A DNA stretch of 64,000 nt from Polyangiales bacterium (lineage in GTDB: Bacteria > Myxococcota_A > Polyangia > Polyangiales > Polyangiaceae), in NCBI GenBank assembly GCA_038239005.1, contig JBBSFE010000015.1:3154-67153 (forward strand), given 5' to 3'. Both the position numbers and the translations under genes were made by a program. Shown piece after piece: positions 1-10,373 of the stretch (the stretch's first letter is position 1; every line of letters begins with the position of its first letter). The notes below the pieces were generated by a model. The model ran no database searches and had not been told where the DNA came from. It worked only from the letters and a program-made list of their open reading frames with translations.

Positions 1-512
1 CAGAGACGCTTGCCCGAACGAGCGCACGCTTGCTTCGCTTGCACTTCGGACACGTAGCCTTGCGGCATCACGCCTTGCGCGCTGACAGCGCGAACGACCG
101 GCGTGTGACCGCTAAAAGCGCCCGAGCGATCGAGCGCGTCGAATGGCGACCACGCGCGCTCGTCACCGTTCGGAAGAATTTCGACGAGCGATGCCTCGTA
201 GCGATCAATGCAGTATGCATCATCGATGCTCGCCATATCGGTGGGGCAGAGCCCGTTGTTCGCTACCGGGCGATCGGCACCGTCATCATCATCGAGCAGA
301 TTTCCCGCGGGCGAGGGGAGCAGCTGAAGCTCTTGGACGCGGCCGCGGCGAGCGCTTCGGCCGTCACGGCGCGCGAAACCGCTTTTCGGCGAACGCGTCA
401 GCGACGGCACGCGTGCTTGCGGCGACGATGCGATCGGCTCGGGTCGCGAGCAGCCTGCCCAAACGAGGGCAAAAGCGCCAAATGCGACTGCGGTGAGGCG
501 GGAAAGCAACAA
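1..512 (-). CDS. formylglycine-generating enzyme (SUMF1/EgtB/PvdO) family lipoprotein, N-terminal part; the 3' end lies beyond the left edge
   Basis: Absent from the ORF track because it runs off the window. Hand translation of the minus frame gives ...SRLTAVAFGAFALVWAGCSRPEP (lipobox-like) ... NNGLCPTDMASIDDAYCIDRYEASLVEILPNGDERAWSPF...VSEVQAKQACARSGKRLC, typical of the start of an FGE-sulfatase fold. There is no ATG; TTG at 510-512 or 507-509 is the likely start. An in-frame stop lies upstream at 585-587. Confidence 0.55.
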   Translation of the reverse strand, partial: MLLSRLTAVAFGAFALVWAGCSRPEPIASSPQARVPSLTRSPKSGFARRDGRSARRGRVQELQLLPSPAGNLLDDDDGADRPVANNGLCPTDMASIDDAYCIDRYEASLVEILPNGDERAWSPFDALDRSGAFSGHTPVVRAVSAQGVMPQGYVSEVQAKQACARSGKRL

Positions 513-574
513 CCCAGCAGAGATAACGAGGTCTCGGGCCCTTGAGAACCCGAAATCGACCCAAATTGCGGCCT

Positions 575-1516
575 TTATAATTTTTTATTGCGAGCGGCAT
601 CGACGGCGCGAAGCGCACGTGCGAGCCACGATGCACGAAGTGAAACGCGTGAGAGCGCAACCACTTGATGCAAGAGCGCGATCGCGACGAAGGATCCCGC
701 ACCGCGCACACCGAAACGCGGAACGATCCACGCGACGACGACGACGAGCGCTGTCGATGCAAGCGCGCGCCACGCCCACGACCACATCACGCGAATCGGC
801 GAGCGACGAAACGTGACGAGCGCCGCGCGAATCGCAATGAATGCGGTCGATCGAAATCGCACTGCGCTCGCGCGCGCGAGATCGTGAATGACGGCTGCGG
901 CGGCCGCGAGAAGGAGGACGCCGCAGCACGCGAGCGCGGCCCATTGATCCGCGCGTGCCGTGCCCGTTCGCAGTTCGAGTGCGTCGTGCACGGCGCTGAA
1001 CGTCCACATCGCGATCGCGAGGAGCGCAAGCTCGAGCACGGTTCCGAGCGCGAGCAGCACGAGCATCGGCCGGAACGTCGCGGCGACGTAGGGCGCGAGG
1101 TGCCGAGGTCGCGGCGTGCGCGTGTCGGAGGTTGCGTGCGAAATCGAGGTCATGAGCGCGGAGAGCGGCACGAGCCCGATGATGGAACCGAGCACCACCA
1201 AGAAAAACGCGAGCCCCCAGATCGCGGACGACGCGTGATCGTACGCGGGCTTCAGCGCGAGCACGGCCCACCCGCCGTCGTCGAAGACAACCGAATCACC
1301 GCGCGGGTGCCCCGCGAATGCGCTCGCGACGCCGCGCCCAATCGGCCAGGCAAACGCGAGCGAGAGCACGAGCTGATAGATGTAATATGCAAATACAGCG
1401 AGCGGCCGCCGCCGAGCGCGCATGGCGTCGTTCGACACGAGCAAGAGCCGCGTGTCGCGCCGCACCGATTCGGGCCCCGAGGTGTCGGGCCCGCGAGACG
1501 AAACGATGGCGTCCAT
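575..1516 (-). CDS. polytopic membrane protein of unknown function
   Basis: Only the C-terminal 313 aa of track ORF 575..2233 look real (MDAIVSSRGPDTSGP... followed by several hydrophobic helices). The upstream part is Arg-rich and overlaps the M1 peptidase gene. ATG at 1514-1516 lies 11 nt after the peptidase stop. Confidence 0.6.
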   Translation of the reverse strand: MDAIVSSRGPDTSGPESVRRDTRLLLVSNDAMRARRRPLAVFAYYIYQLVLSLAFAWPIGRGVASAFAGHPRGDSVVFDDGGWAVLALKPAYDHASSAIWGLAFFLVVLGSIIGLVPLSALMTSISHATSDTRTPRPRHLAPYVAATFRPMLVLLALGTVLELALLAIAMWTFSAVHDALELRTGTARADQWAALACCGVLLLAAAAAVIHDLARASAVRFRSTAFIAIRAALVTFRRSPIRVMWSWAWRALASTALVVVVAWIVPRFGVRGAGSFVAIALLHQVVALSRVSLRASWLARALRAVDAARNKKL

Positions 1517-1527
1517 CGAGAGCTGGT

Positions 1528-3486
1528 TCACGGCGTCACCGCCGAGAAGAGCACTTGCGCGGCGTACGTGAGTCGCTCGAGGACGCGTTTTGATTCGGGC
1601 GCGCTCGCGCCGTCGCCGCGTGCGAAGTCGTTCATGTGATCTTGGTCGATCAAGATTGCGTGATCGGGATCGACGACCGCGTACACGATGGGCGACGTAC
1701 CGTGGAAGGGAAGGCGAGCCCAGGCGTCTTTGCCGTCCCAGTGAAGGCGCTCCTTCGTGCCGTTCTTGAGCGTTACTTCGACGTCGACAGGGAGAACGAG
1801 CGTGCCTTGTCGCGCGACGAGCACCCAGCCTTCGTAATCTTCTGCGGCACTCTCGTTGTCTTTGACGGTTTCGCGTTTGCCGTCGCGATCGAAGATGCCA
1901 AGCGCGCGCGTGACCTTCGGCGTGTGAATGCCCTCGATGCGAAAATCGACCCAGCCGCGCCGGAAGAGCGCCTCTTCGAGCATCGTTCGCACTTCGGGGC
2001 CGAGCACTTCTTCGTAGCTCGCGAGCAAGTCTTCTGGCGTCGGATGCCGGAAGCGCGCGCGCCGCGCGTAACGACCGATGGCTTTCGCGCCGAGCTCTTT
2101 GCCGTAGACGCGATCGACCGTTTCGAAAATCGACGCCGTGCGTGCGTAGACGAGCCCGCCGTAATGTCGCCCCGAGGGAAACGCAAACGCCGGTTGCGCG
2201 ATGGGCGCGTCGAACACGCGCGAGCCGGGCCATGCGCCGTCGAGCTCGCCGTCACCGACTTCGAGCCCGAGAAAATCGAGCGCCGAGCCGGGGCCACGCC
2301 ACGCGCGCAAACCTTCTTGCTCGGCGTAGCTGTTCATTCCCTCATCGAGGAACGGCCACGTGACTTCGTCAGATGCGAGGAGCCCGTAAAACCACTGGTG
2401 CCCGAACTCGTGAATCGTGACGAGCTCGATGAAGAGCGCGCCGGGCGGACCCCACCACGGCCCGCCGGTCGTGATGAGCGTCGGATATTCCATCCCGCCC
2501 GCTTCGTCGGCGCCCTCCGGCGGATGCACGAGCGTGATCAAATCGTACGGATACTTTCCGTAGCGCTGCCCGTAGTGCGGGATCGCGAAACGCATCGTCG
2601 CGAGCTCGCGCTCGGCGGCGTAGCCGTATCCGCGCGGAAAAAGAATGCGCACGGCGACGCCGTCGACCTTTTCGTTTCGCTCTTGAAATTGATCGAACGC
2701 CGTCCACGCGAAATCGTGCACGTCCTTTTGCACGTGCCGTTCGACGCGAAGATCGCCCTCGGTGCGCGACTCGACGATGGGCCCCGTCGCGCCGAGCACG
2801 AAGCTTTGCGGCGCTTTGATGGTGACGTCGTAGGTGCCGAAGTCCGAATAAAACTCGGCCAGGTGGTGAAACGGAAAATGCGCCCAGCGCCCGTCGGGCT
2901 CGAGGCGCGCGATCTTCGGGAACCACTGCGCGATCATGTGAAACGAGCCGTGGTACCCGGTGCGCTCCACGATCGTCGGGAGCTTGTCGTCCCACGTCAT
3001 CTCGAACGTCACCGTCGCGCCGGGCTCGATGTCGTGTGGTAGCGGCACACGCACGTCGGTTTCGTCCGTTTCGTTACGACGATCGCCCGTCTTGTCGACG
3101 CCAGGCCAGAGGTCGACGCCGCCGAGCGAAAACTTTCGAACGTCGATCGTGCCCCACTCGGTTACTTCACCGGAGCCGCGCGAGCCGAAAGCAGGCTCAC
3201 GCATGAACGTCGTTTGCTCGTTCTTGAACGCGTTCAAATAAAGGTGAAGCCACACTTCGCGGACGCTCACCTCGCTCATGTTGCGCCACGTGATGGTCCC
3301 TTCGCCGTGGACGGTGTGTGCTTTTGGATCGAGCTCCGCTGTCATCGTGTAATCGACGACATCTTCGGCGTGCTCTGGCAACGACGCATCGTCGTCGTAC
3401 TTGGTGCCCGAATCGGGCGTCGCGGTGGAAACGTCAGCGCCGACGGGCGACGCGACGAACAGCGCGATGACAACGGCTCGACGCAC
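1528..3486 (-). CDS. secreted M1-family zinc metallopeptidase (aminopeptidase N-like)
   Basis: 652-aa ORF with an N-terminal signal peptide (RRAVVIALFVASPVGA) and the gluzincin signature HEFGH-X18-E (VTIHEFGHQWFYGLLASDEVTWPFLDEG). Confidence 0.9.
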   Translation of the reverse strand: MRRAVVIALFVASPVGADVSTATPDSGTKYDDDASLPEHAEDVVDYTMTAELDPKAHTVHGEGTITWRNMSEVSVREVWLHLYLNAFKNEQTTFMREPAFGSRGSGEVTEWGTIDVRKFSLGGVDLWPGVDKTGDRRNETDETDVRVPLPHDIEPGATVTFEMTWDDKLPTIVERTGYHGSFHMIAQWFPKIARLEPDGRWAHFPFHHLAEFYSDFGTYDVTIKAPQSFVLGATGPIVESRTEGDLRVERHVQKDVHDFAWTAFDQFQERNEKVDGVAVRILFPRGYGYAAERELATMRFAIPHYGQRYGKYPYDLITLVHPPEGADEAGGMEYPTLITTGGPWWGPPGALFIELVTIHEFGHQWFYGLLASDEVTWPFLDEGMNSYAEQEGLRAWRGPGSALDFLGLEVGDGELDGAWPGSRVFDAPIAQPAFAFPSGRHYGGLVYARTASIFETVDRVYGKELGAKAIGRYARRARFRHPTPEDLLASYEEVLGPEVRTMLEEALFRRGWVDFRIEGIHTPKVTRALGIFDRDGKRETVKDNESAAEDYEGWVLVARQGTLVLPVDVEVTLKNGTKERLHWDGKDAWARLPFHGTSPIVYAVVDPDHAILIDQDHMNDFARGDGASAPESKRVLERLTYAAQVLFSAVTP

Positions 3487-3501
3487 GCCGCGACAGTACC
3501 T

Positions 3502-4563
3502 TCACGTGGGAAAAAGCGGAAGCTGGCCGCGCGGCGCGATTTTTGGAATCGGCGCCATCGTGAGACCCGAAGCGCCTTCTTCTCGCCCGCCTGGCGATTC
3601 GTAGCCTAGGCGTTTCGCCGTAGCGTCGAAGAGCCGGCCGATGGCTTCCGCGTAAGGCCCGGTGCCCCGACCGCGGACGCCGAAGGTTGCATCATACACC
3701 TTTCCGTTTCGAGCCTGCTTGATGTGGCTCATCACGCGCTCCGCCTTCTCCGGGAGAGCGACGCGAATGCGCGACTCGAAGACGTCCTTCACGTGCCCGG
3801 GCAATCGCAGGAGGGTGTAGCCCGCGAACGACGCGCCAGCATCACGCGCGGCTTTGAGCGCGGCGGGCATGTCTTGGTCGTTCAAACCGGGAATGATGGG
3901 AGCGACCATCACGCCGACACGCACGCCCGCCGCCGCGAGCCGCTCGATGGTGCGAAGCCGCCGCGCGGGCGTCGTGACGAACGGCTCGAGGGCGCGCGCG
4001 TGCGTTTCGTCGATGAAGGGAATGCTGATCGCGATCGAAAAGTGCGACGCCTTCGCCACCGCGAGGAGCACATCGATGTCACGCTCGACGAGCGGCGACT
4101 TCGTGATGACGTGCGCAGGGTTCTTGTATTCTGCACATACCTCGAGACACCCGCGCGTGAGCCGATACCGCGACTCGAGCGGCTGATAACAATCGGTGAC
4201 GCCGCTGAACATCACGAGCTCGCCGCGCCACCCCTTCTGCGAAAACGACTTCCGCAAAAGCTCGGGGGCGTCCTTCTTGACGACGATCTTCCGCTCGAAG
4301 TCCGTCCCCGCGCCGAAGCTCAGATATTCGTGCGTGGGCCGAGCAAAGCAATAGGCGCACGCATGAAAACATCCTCGGTATGGATTGACGCTGAAGTTGA
4401 AGCCCACATCGGGGCTGTCGTTCTTCGCGAGAATGGTGCCGGTGCGATCGAAATAGACTTCGAGCTTTGCGGCAGGCGCGTCCTCTTCGGCGAGATCGTC
4501 GAGGAAGACGATCTCGCTCTCAGCGAAGCGGTTGGCAGGGTTGTCGACTGTGAGGCGCCTCAC
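3502..4563 (-). CDS. radical SAM protein (PA0069 / SplB-like family)
   Basis: 353-aa ORF with the CxxxCxxC cluster motif CFHACAYC near the N-terminus and a conserved ELL/TKS-type core. The family call is from recollection of this conserved about 350-aa group. Confidence 0.85.
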   Translation of the reverse strand: MRRLTVDNPANRFAESEIVFLDDLAEEDAPAAKLEVYFDRTGTILAKNDSPDVGFNFSVNPYRGCFHACAYCFARPTHEYLSFGAGTDFERKIVVKKDAPELLRKSFSQKGWRGELVMFSGVTDCYQPLESRYRLTRGCLEVCAEYKNPAHVITKSPLVERDIDVLLAVAKASHFSIAISIPFIDETHARALEPFVTTPARRLRTIERLAAAGVRVGVMVAPIIPGLNDQDMPAALKAARDAGASFAGYTLLRLPGHVKDVFESRIRVALPEKAERVMSHIKQARNGKVYDATFGVRGRGTGPYAEAIGRLFDATAKRLGYESPGGREEGASGLTMAPIPKIAPRGQLPLFPT

Positions 4564-4593
4564 AATCGATACTGTACACTAGTTCAGTAGTCG

Positions 4594-5103
4594 TCAGCTA
4601 CCATTCGACGGGTCTTCCGTTTTCTGGCTCTTGCGCGTCAGCGGCACGCCGTACTCGTGGAGCTTGTACTGGACCTTGCGAACGCTGATATCGAGCATCG
4701 CTGCGGCGCGCGCCGTCGAGCCGGCGCTTGCTTTCATCGCGGAGAGAATCGCTTCGCGCTCGAGCTTTGCGAGTGTCGAGGAGCGAATCGCTTCGGCCGC
4801 ACGTGTTCCTTCGAACACGCTGCATGCGCGCTCGACCAGCTGAACGACAACGCTCGGATCAGGCGGCGCCGCGAAGTAAGCACCTGCGCGATACGCAGAA
4901 GCGGCAGCTTCGGGCGTGTCGCAGATGGCAACGACGAGGGTGCCTTTCGCGAACGTGGGCCAGTCGCCGCGTGCGTGCGCAACGACGACCACGGAGCGAT
5001 CGCCCGCGGACGGCTGCCCGTCTTGGACGTCGTGGCCGGCGGCGCGGAGAGCCGCGCGGATGGAGTCGGGAACGGAACCGAGGAAGGCGATGGAGGAGAT
5101 CAT
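4594..5103 (-). CDS. small regulator with a degenerate receiver-like domain plus a Fis-type HTH
   Basis: 169 aa. The C-terminus EREAILSAMKASAGSTARAAAMLDISVRKVQYKLHEYG is a Fis/NtrC-type HTH. The N-terminal about 100 aa have a receiver-like beta/alpha pattern but lack the acidic pocket. Confidence 0.75.
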   Translation of the reverse strand: MISSIAFLGSVPDSIRAALRAAGHDVQDGQPSAGDRSVVVVAHARGDWPTFAKGTLVVAICDTPEAAASAYRAGAYFAAPPDPSVVVQLVERACSVFEGTRAAEAIRSSTLAKLEREAILSAMKASAGSTARAAAMLDISVRKVQYKLHEYGVPLTRKSQKTEDPSNGS

Positions 5104-5150
5104 CGCCCATTTGGATGCCGCAAAACGCGCGCGGGAGCTTGCCGGGCGGT

Positions 5151-7430
5151 TTATGCGTGTTGCTCCGCAGGCAACGCCGGTTGATCGAACGAAAACGTGA
5201 GCTTACCGTCCTTGGCGCCCACTGTGACCCGCCCGCCGTGCTCCAATTTCCCGAAAAGAAGCTCATCGCCTAGGGGGCGCTTCACCTCTTCTTGAACGAC
5301 ACGCGCGAGTGGCCGCGCGCCGAAATCCGGGTCGTAGCCTTTGTCGGCGAGGAACGCGCGGGCCTCGGCGTCGACGACGATTTCGACTTTTCGATCCGCG
5401 AGCTGGGCCTCGAGCTCTTTCATGTACTTGTCGACGATGCTCGCCATGGTGTCTTTGCTGAGCGAGTTGAACGCGATGCGCGCGTCGAGTCGGTTGCGGA
5501 ACTCGGGCGAGAACATGATCTTCATCTCGCGATCGGCGTCGCCTTGGTTACGACCGCCATCGAAGCCGACGGAGCGGCGTGCGAGATCACGCGCGCCGAC
5601 GTTGCTCGTCATCAGCAAGATGACGTGACGAAAATCTGCGCTCTTGCCGTTGTTGTCGGTGAGGCGACCGTGGTCCATCACTTGAAGGAGGATGTTGAAG
5701 ACGTCTTGGTGGGCTTTTTCGATTTCGTCGAGCAAGAGCACCGCGTGTGGCGTCTTCGAGACGGCGTCGGTGAGCAAGCCGCCTTGATCGAAACCGACGT
5801 AGCCAGGCGGCGCGCCGATGAGACGCGAGACCGAGTGGCGCTCCATGTACTCGCTCATGTCGAAGCGCAAAAACTGAACGCCGAGAATGCGTGCGAGCTG
5901 TTTGGCGACTTCGGTTTTGCCGACGCCCGTGGGGCCCGTCAGCAAGAAGCAACCGATGGGGCGCTCGGGGCTGCGGAGGCCCGCGCGTGCGAGCTTGATG
6001 GCGGACGCGAGCTGGTGAATCGCGGGCTCTTGGCCGAAGACGACGCCTTGGAGATCGGTCTCGAGCGTTTTGAGCCGCGCCTTGTCGTCGCTTTGAACGG
6101 TGCGTGGTGGGATCTGCGCCATGCGCGCGAGAACGGTCTCGACGTCGGACACGGTGACCTTCGGTCGCTCGCCATCCGAGTGCTCTGCGCCCGCGAGCTT
6201 CACGGCGGCGCCCGACTCATCCATCAAGTCGATCGCTTTGTCTGGAAGGCGGCGGTCGTTCAGATACTTCGCGGCGAGCAAGGCCGATTGCTCGATGGCT
6301 TCATCGACGTAATCGACCTCGTGAAACGCCTCATACTTAGGCTGCAAACCCTTCAGAATGAGCTTGGTTTCGTCCACGGTCGGCTCGAGCACTTCGACGC
6401 GCTGGAAGCGGCGGGCGAGGGCGCGATCTTTCTCGAGGTGCGAGCGATATTCCTCGAACGTCGTCGAGCCAATGCAGCGCAAGTTGCCCGACGCGAGCGC
6501 GGGCTTCAGTAAGTTCGAGGCGTCCATCGAGCCGCCGCTCGTCGCGCCTGCGCCGACGATCGTGTGGATCTCGTCGATGAAGAGGATGGCTTTGGGGATG
6601 TCGCGGAGCGCTTTCAAAACGCCCTTGAGCCGCTCTTCGAAGTCGCCGCGGTAGCGCGTCCCCGCGAGAAGCGCGCCCATGTCGAGCGAGTAGACCTGCG
6701 AGCCCGCGAGCGCTTTCGGAATGCGACCTTCGTGGATGGCGAGTGCGAGCCCATCGACGATGGCGGTCTTGCCGACGCCCGAGTCGCCGACGAGCACGGG
6801 ATTGTTCTTTTTGCGACGGGCGAGGATTTGAATGATGCGCGCGATTTCGCGCTGGCGGCCGACGAGCGGATCGATGCGCCCTTCTGCCGCTTCTTTGTTG
6901 AGCAGCACCGTGAACGACTCGAGCGGGTTGCGCATGGTGGCGTCGCCGGCTGCGTCGACCTTGCGTGGATCGCCCGTGATGTCGCCACCGGCGCCTTCGG
7001 CTTCGAGCTTGCTCGTGCCGTGCGAGATGAACGACACGACATCGAGCCGCGTGACGCCCATCTCCTCGAGTGTGTTCACGGCGAACGAATCGGCCTCGGC
7101 GAAGATCGCGACGAGCACGTTGGCGCTCAGCACTTCTTCTTTGCCGCTCGACGTCACGTGCATGTCCGCGCGGCGAATGGCGCGGCTCGCACCCACCGAG
7201 AGCGTCGGGACGCTCTCTTCGTCGAGCGATTCCATTTCGTCGAGGTGAGCTTCGAGCTGCTTCTTCAGCTCTTTCACGTCGCCGCCGGAGTGGCGGATGA
7301 TCTTGGCGGTGGCGTCGTCGTAAAGGAGGGCGAGCAGGAGGTGCTCGATCGTGACGTACTCGTGATGGCGGCGCGAGGCTTCGTTGGCCGCCACGGTGAG
7401 GGCAATTTGGACTTCGGTGCTGAGGCGCAT
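5151..7430 (-). CDS. clpA: ATP-dependent Clp protease ATP-binding subunit ClpA
   Basis: 759 aa with a Clp N-domain (IEHLLLALL) and two AAA+ modules with Walker A motifs GDSGVGKT and GPTGVGKT. The start codon directly abuts the clpS stop. Confidence 0.95.
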   Translation of the reverse strand: MRLSTEVQIALTVAANEASRRHHEYVTIEHLLLALLYDDATAKIIRHSGGDVKELKKQLEAHLDEMESLDEESVPTLSVGASRAIRRADMHVTSSGKEEVLSANVLVAIFAEADSFAVNTLEEMGVTRLDVVSFISHGTSKLEAEGAGGDITGDPRKVDAAGDATMRNPLESFTVLLNKEAAEGRIDPLVGRQREIARIIQILARRKKNNPVLVGDSGVGKTAIVDGLALAIHEGRIPKALAGSQVYSLDMGALLAGTRYRGDFEERLKGVLKALRDIPKAILFIDEIHTIVGAGATSGGSMDASNLLKPALASGNLRCIGSTTFEEYRSHLEKDRALARRFQRVEVLEPTVDETKLILKGLQPKYEAFHEVDYVDEAIEQSALLAAKYLNDRRLPDKAIDLMDESGAAVKLAGAEHSDGERPKVTVSDVETVLARMAQIPPRTVQSDDKARLKTLETDLQGVVFGQEPAIHQLASAIKLARAGLRSPERPIGCFLLTGPTGVGKTEVAKQLARILGVQFLRFDMSEYMERHSVSRLIGAPPGYVGFDQGGLLTDAVSKTPHAVLLLDEIEKAHQDVFNILLQVMDHGRLTDNNGKSADFRHVILLMTSNVGARDLARRSVGFDGGRNQGDADREMKIMFSPEFRNRLDARIAFNSLSKDTMASIVDKYMKELEAQLADRKVEIVVDAEARAFLADKGYDPDFGARPLARVVQEEVKRPLGDELLFGKLEHGGRVTVGAKDGKLTFSFDQPALPAEQHA

Positions 7431-7778
7431 TTAATCGGACTCCGGCTCTGCCGTGACGAGAAGGGGCATCCCGTAGTCGCGGGCGAATTCGGTCACCTTT
7501 TCGACTTTGGTCTCGGCGACGTCACGCGTGTAGACACCGGCGACGCCGTTACCCTTCTTGTGAACCGTCAGCATGATGTAATTCGCTTCGCTCTCGCTCT
7601 TGTGGAAGAATTGCATGAGCGCCAAAACGACGAATTCCATCGTCGTGTAGTCGTCATTGTGGAAGAGGACCTTGTAGCGCCGGGGAACGGTGCTCTTGGG
7701 TTTGACCTTCTCGACGACCTGACCGTCGAGCTCGTCGCCCCCCGTAGGAGCCCCGGGACGTGTGGGGTTGTTCGGCAT
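7431..7778 (-). CDS. clpS: ATP-dependent Clp protease adaptor ClpS
   Basis: 115 aa with the conserved core YKVLFHNDDYTTMEFVVLALMQFFHKS, immediately upstream of clpA. Confidence 0.95.
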   Translation of the reverse strand: MPNNPTRPGAPTGGDELDGQVVEKVKPKSTVPRRYKVLFHNDDYTTMEFVVLALMQFFHKSESEANYIMLTVHKKGNGVAGVYTRDVAETKVEKVTEFARDYGMPLLVTAEPESD

Positions 7779-7854
7779 GCCCGATCCCGAAGTTTGCGGA
7801 GGACAATGGCAAGTTGCAAGAGGTGAAGAAGCTTTCTAACATTCTGGGTAGCGC

Positions 7855-9270
7855 ATGGAGCTCGCGGAGAACGTCGTTGTCGCGGGGAAGTTCCGGCTGG
7901 TCAAGATGATCGGCCGAGGCGGAATGGGGTCGGTTTGGCAGGCCAACCACCTCGCCCTCGACATTCCTTGCGCCGTGAAATTCATCGAGGGCGATTTCGC
8001 CCACGTCCCGGAGATGCAGGCGCGGTTTCAGCGCGAGGCCAAGGCTGCCGCCGCGCTGCGTAGCCCGCATGTCGTGCAGATCCTCGACCACGACATCTGG
8101 GAGGGCATGCCGTACATCGCGATGGAGCTCCTCGACGGCGAAGAGCTCAGCAAGCGCTTATCGAAGCAAGTCGCGCTCTCGCCCGCCGAGACGGTCGCGG
8201 TGCTCGGGCAAGTTTGCCGCGCGCTCAGCAAAGCTCATGCGGCGGGCATCGTTCACCGCGATCTCAAACCCGATAATTTGTTTTTGGTCCGCGACGATGA
8301 TCGCGAGATCGTGAAGATTCTCGATTTCGGGATCGCAAAAAGCAAAAATCCGAACCTCGACATCGGCGGCAACACCAAGACGGGCGCCATGCTCGGCACG
8401 CCCTATTACATGAGCCCCGAGCAAGCCCAGGGGAACAAATCGATCGATGGGCGCGCGGATCTGTGGGCGCTCGGCGTCATCGCGTTCGAATGCATGACGG
8501 GCAAGCGTCCGTTCGAAAGCGACGCCCTCGGCGATCTGTTGATGCAGATCATGGTGAAGCCGTTGCCCTTGCCATCGCAAGAGCGCGTGGGCGTGCCGCG
8601 CTCGTTCGATACGTGGTTTCAGAAAGCGTGCGCGCGCGATCCGAACGATCGCTTTCAAACGGCAAAGGAGCTCTCGGAAGGACTCGCGCTCGCGCTCAAC
8701 ACCGGCGCCGTGACGGAGATGATGGCCGCGCCTTCGAGCGCGATGATGGTCGGCGCAACGCTCCCGTTGAACACACCGAACCCGCTCAACACGCCAAATC
8801 CGTATCTGCCCGTCCAGCCCGCACTTTCGCAAAGCGCACCGGGCGTTCCCGGTCCGCCGACACCGTTCGTGCACGCGGCCAGCATCGAAGCGTTCGAATC
8901 GCCGAAAAAATCGATGCTCGGCGTGTTCATCGGCGTGGGCGCCGTCTTCGCCGTGATGGTCGTCGTCGGCATCGTTTTCGCGATGAAGAGCGGAAGCGCG
9001 GGCACCGCAACCACCGTAACGCCGAGCTCCGCCGCCGCCAGCACCAACGCCAACGCCGCCACCAGCACCAACGCCAACGCCAACGCCAACGCGACAGCAG
9101 CGACAACCACGCCGACGGTCGCGGCAACCGCGGAGCCGACCGCGACCGCGACCGCGACTGCCGTCGCGACCGTTGCCACGGGTCACGGCCGTCCGCTTCC
9201 GTCCGCGACCGCGAAGCCGAGCGCTCAGGCGACGAGCACCGTGAAACCCGGCACCGATCTCGGGTTCTAA
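7855..9270 (+). CDS. Hanks-type Ser/Thr protein kinase with one TM helix and a low-complexity extracytoplasmic tail
   Basis: Kinase motifs GRGGMGSVW, AVKF, HRDLKPDN, DFG and SPE are present. A TM segment (LGVFIGVGAVFAVMVVVGIVFA) is followed by a T/A/N-rich tail. Confidence 0.9.
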   Translation: MELAENVVVAGKFRLVKMIGRGGMGSVWQANHLALDIPCAVKFIEGDFAHVPEMQARFQREAKAAAALRSPHVVQILDHDIWEGMPYIAMELLDGEELSKRLSKQVALSPAETVAVLGQVCRALSKAHAAGIVHRDLKPDNLFLVRDDDREIVKILDFGIAKSKNPNLDIGGNTKTGAMLGTPYYMSPEQAQGNKSIDGRADLWALGVIAFECMTGKRPFESDALGDLLMQIMVKPLPLPSQERVGVPRSFDTWFQKACARDPNDRFQTAKELSEGLALALNTGAVTEMMAAPSSAMMVGATLPLNTPNPLNTPNPYLPVQPALSQSAPGVPGPPTPFVHAASIEAFESPKKSMLGVFIGVGAVFAVMVVVGIVFAMKSGSAGTATTVTPSSAAASTNANAATSTNANANANATAATTTPTVAATAEPTATATATAVATVATGHGRPLPSATAKPSAQATSTVKPGTDLGF

Positions 9271-9271
9271 C

Positions 9272-10045
9272 GTGCGACTCGCGCGTGTGATCACGTCACT
9301 CGGCGATCCCGTGCTGAGGCGCGAGCTCGTGATCGAGAAGATTTCGATCGAGGACACCGCCGCAATCGCAGTTGCGCTCGACGAGCTCGGTGTCGCCGCA
9401 GAGCAGGGCGACGTGCACGCGAAAGAAGCGCTCATCGCAGTGGTCGATGCGTTCGCGGATTTGCGCGCGGAAGCGGCGGTTCAGCGCTTGCGCGAAGAAG
9501 CCGCGGGCGCGGGGCTCGTGACGCTCGACCGGCTCCTCCGCCGGCCGGTGCATTCGATCCCCACGGGCCCGCGCTCTCAGCGACCACCGGACTACGGATA
9601 CGGCCGCCCGCTCACGCTCGGCGAACGGAAATCACTCGCGCGCCGCCCTGATCGCAACGTGCTCGAGCGGTTGCTCGGCGATCCACACCCCGACGTCATT
9701 CGCGGCGTTCTCCGCAACGCGCGCCTCACGGAAGACGACGTCGTGCGTTTCGTCGCGCGCGTACCGGGTCGCCCCGAGCTCCTCAGCGAAGTCGCGCGTT
9801 CCCCGGCGTGGGCGCACCGCCCGCGCGTGCGTTTGTCACTCGTGCTGAACCCGCTCACGCCGACCGATCTCACGATGCCGCTCGCGGGCCTCCTCCTTCG
9901 GCACGAGCTCAAGCTCGTCATCGAATCCACCAACGTACCCGCCGCCCTCCGCGCCGCCTCGGTCGAGCATCTCCGCCGCAAATATCCTCACGACAACGCT
10001 TCGAAGTCCCCGACGGGGGACTCCCACGGCACTCAACTTCACTGA
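9272..10045 (+). CDS. hypothetical helical-repeat (HEAT/LRV-like) protein
   Basis: 257-aa ORF starting with GTG 1 nt after the kinase stop. It has repeated helical segments (LERLLGDPHPDVIRGVLRNARLTEDDVVRFVAR...). No enzymatic motif was recognised. Confidence 0.6.
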   Translation: MRLARVITSLGDPVLRRELVIEKISIEDTAAIAVALDELGVAAEQGDVHAKEALIAVVDAFADLRAEAAVQRLREEAAGAGLVTLDRLLRRPVHSIPTGPRSQRPPDYGYGRPLTLGERKSLARRPDRNVLERLLGDPHPDVIRGVLRNARLTEDDVVRFVARVPGRPELLSEVARSPAWAHRPRVRLSLVLNPLTPTDLTMPLAGLLLRHELKLVIESTNVPAALRAASVEHLRRKYPHDNASKSPTGDSHGTQLH

Positions 10046-10046
10046 G

Positions 10047-10373
10047 TCATTCTTCGTCGTCGAGGTCGATGAGGGCGACAGCGCTGGCGAAGATCGCGTC
10101 GCTGCAGGTTGGGCAGAGCGGGACTTCTTCGCGGCGGACTTCGGCGCCGCGGGCCCAGATGTAGACGCCCGTGCCTTGCTCTTCGCTGTTGGCTGAAGAG
10201 AGGGGTGTGTCGCACACGTCGCAGCGGATGATGGAGGCTTCCGCGAAGAGGTCGTGGTGGGTCGCCGTCGCGAACGGAGTGGTTTGCGGCGGGGCGGGCT
10301 CGCGTATGCTTTCTTGGCGGGCGGATTCGGGGCCCGCTTGGGGCTCGTGAGCTCTCGCCGTCGCGCGTCCCAT
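10047..10373 (-). CDS. small zinc-ribbon-like hypothetical protein
   Basis: 108 aa with two CxxC pairs (CDVCDT ... CPTCSD) and an acidic C-terminus. It is convergent with the preceding gene. Confidence 0.45.
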   Translation of the reverse strand: MGRATARAHEPQAGPESARQESIREPAPPQTTPFATATHHDLFAEASIIRCDVCDTPLSSANSEEQGTGVYIWARGAEVRREEVPLCPTCSDAIFASAVALIDLDDEE

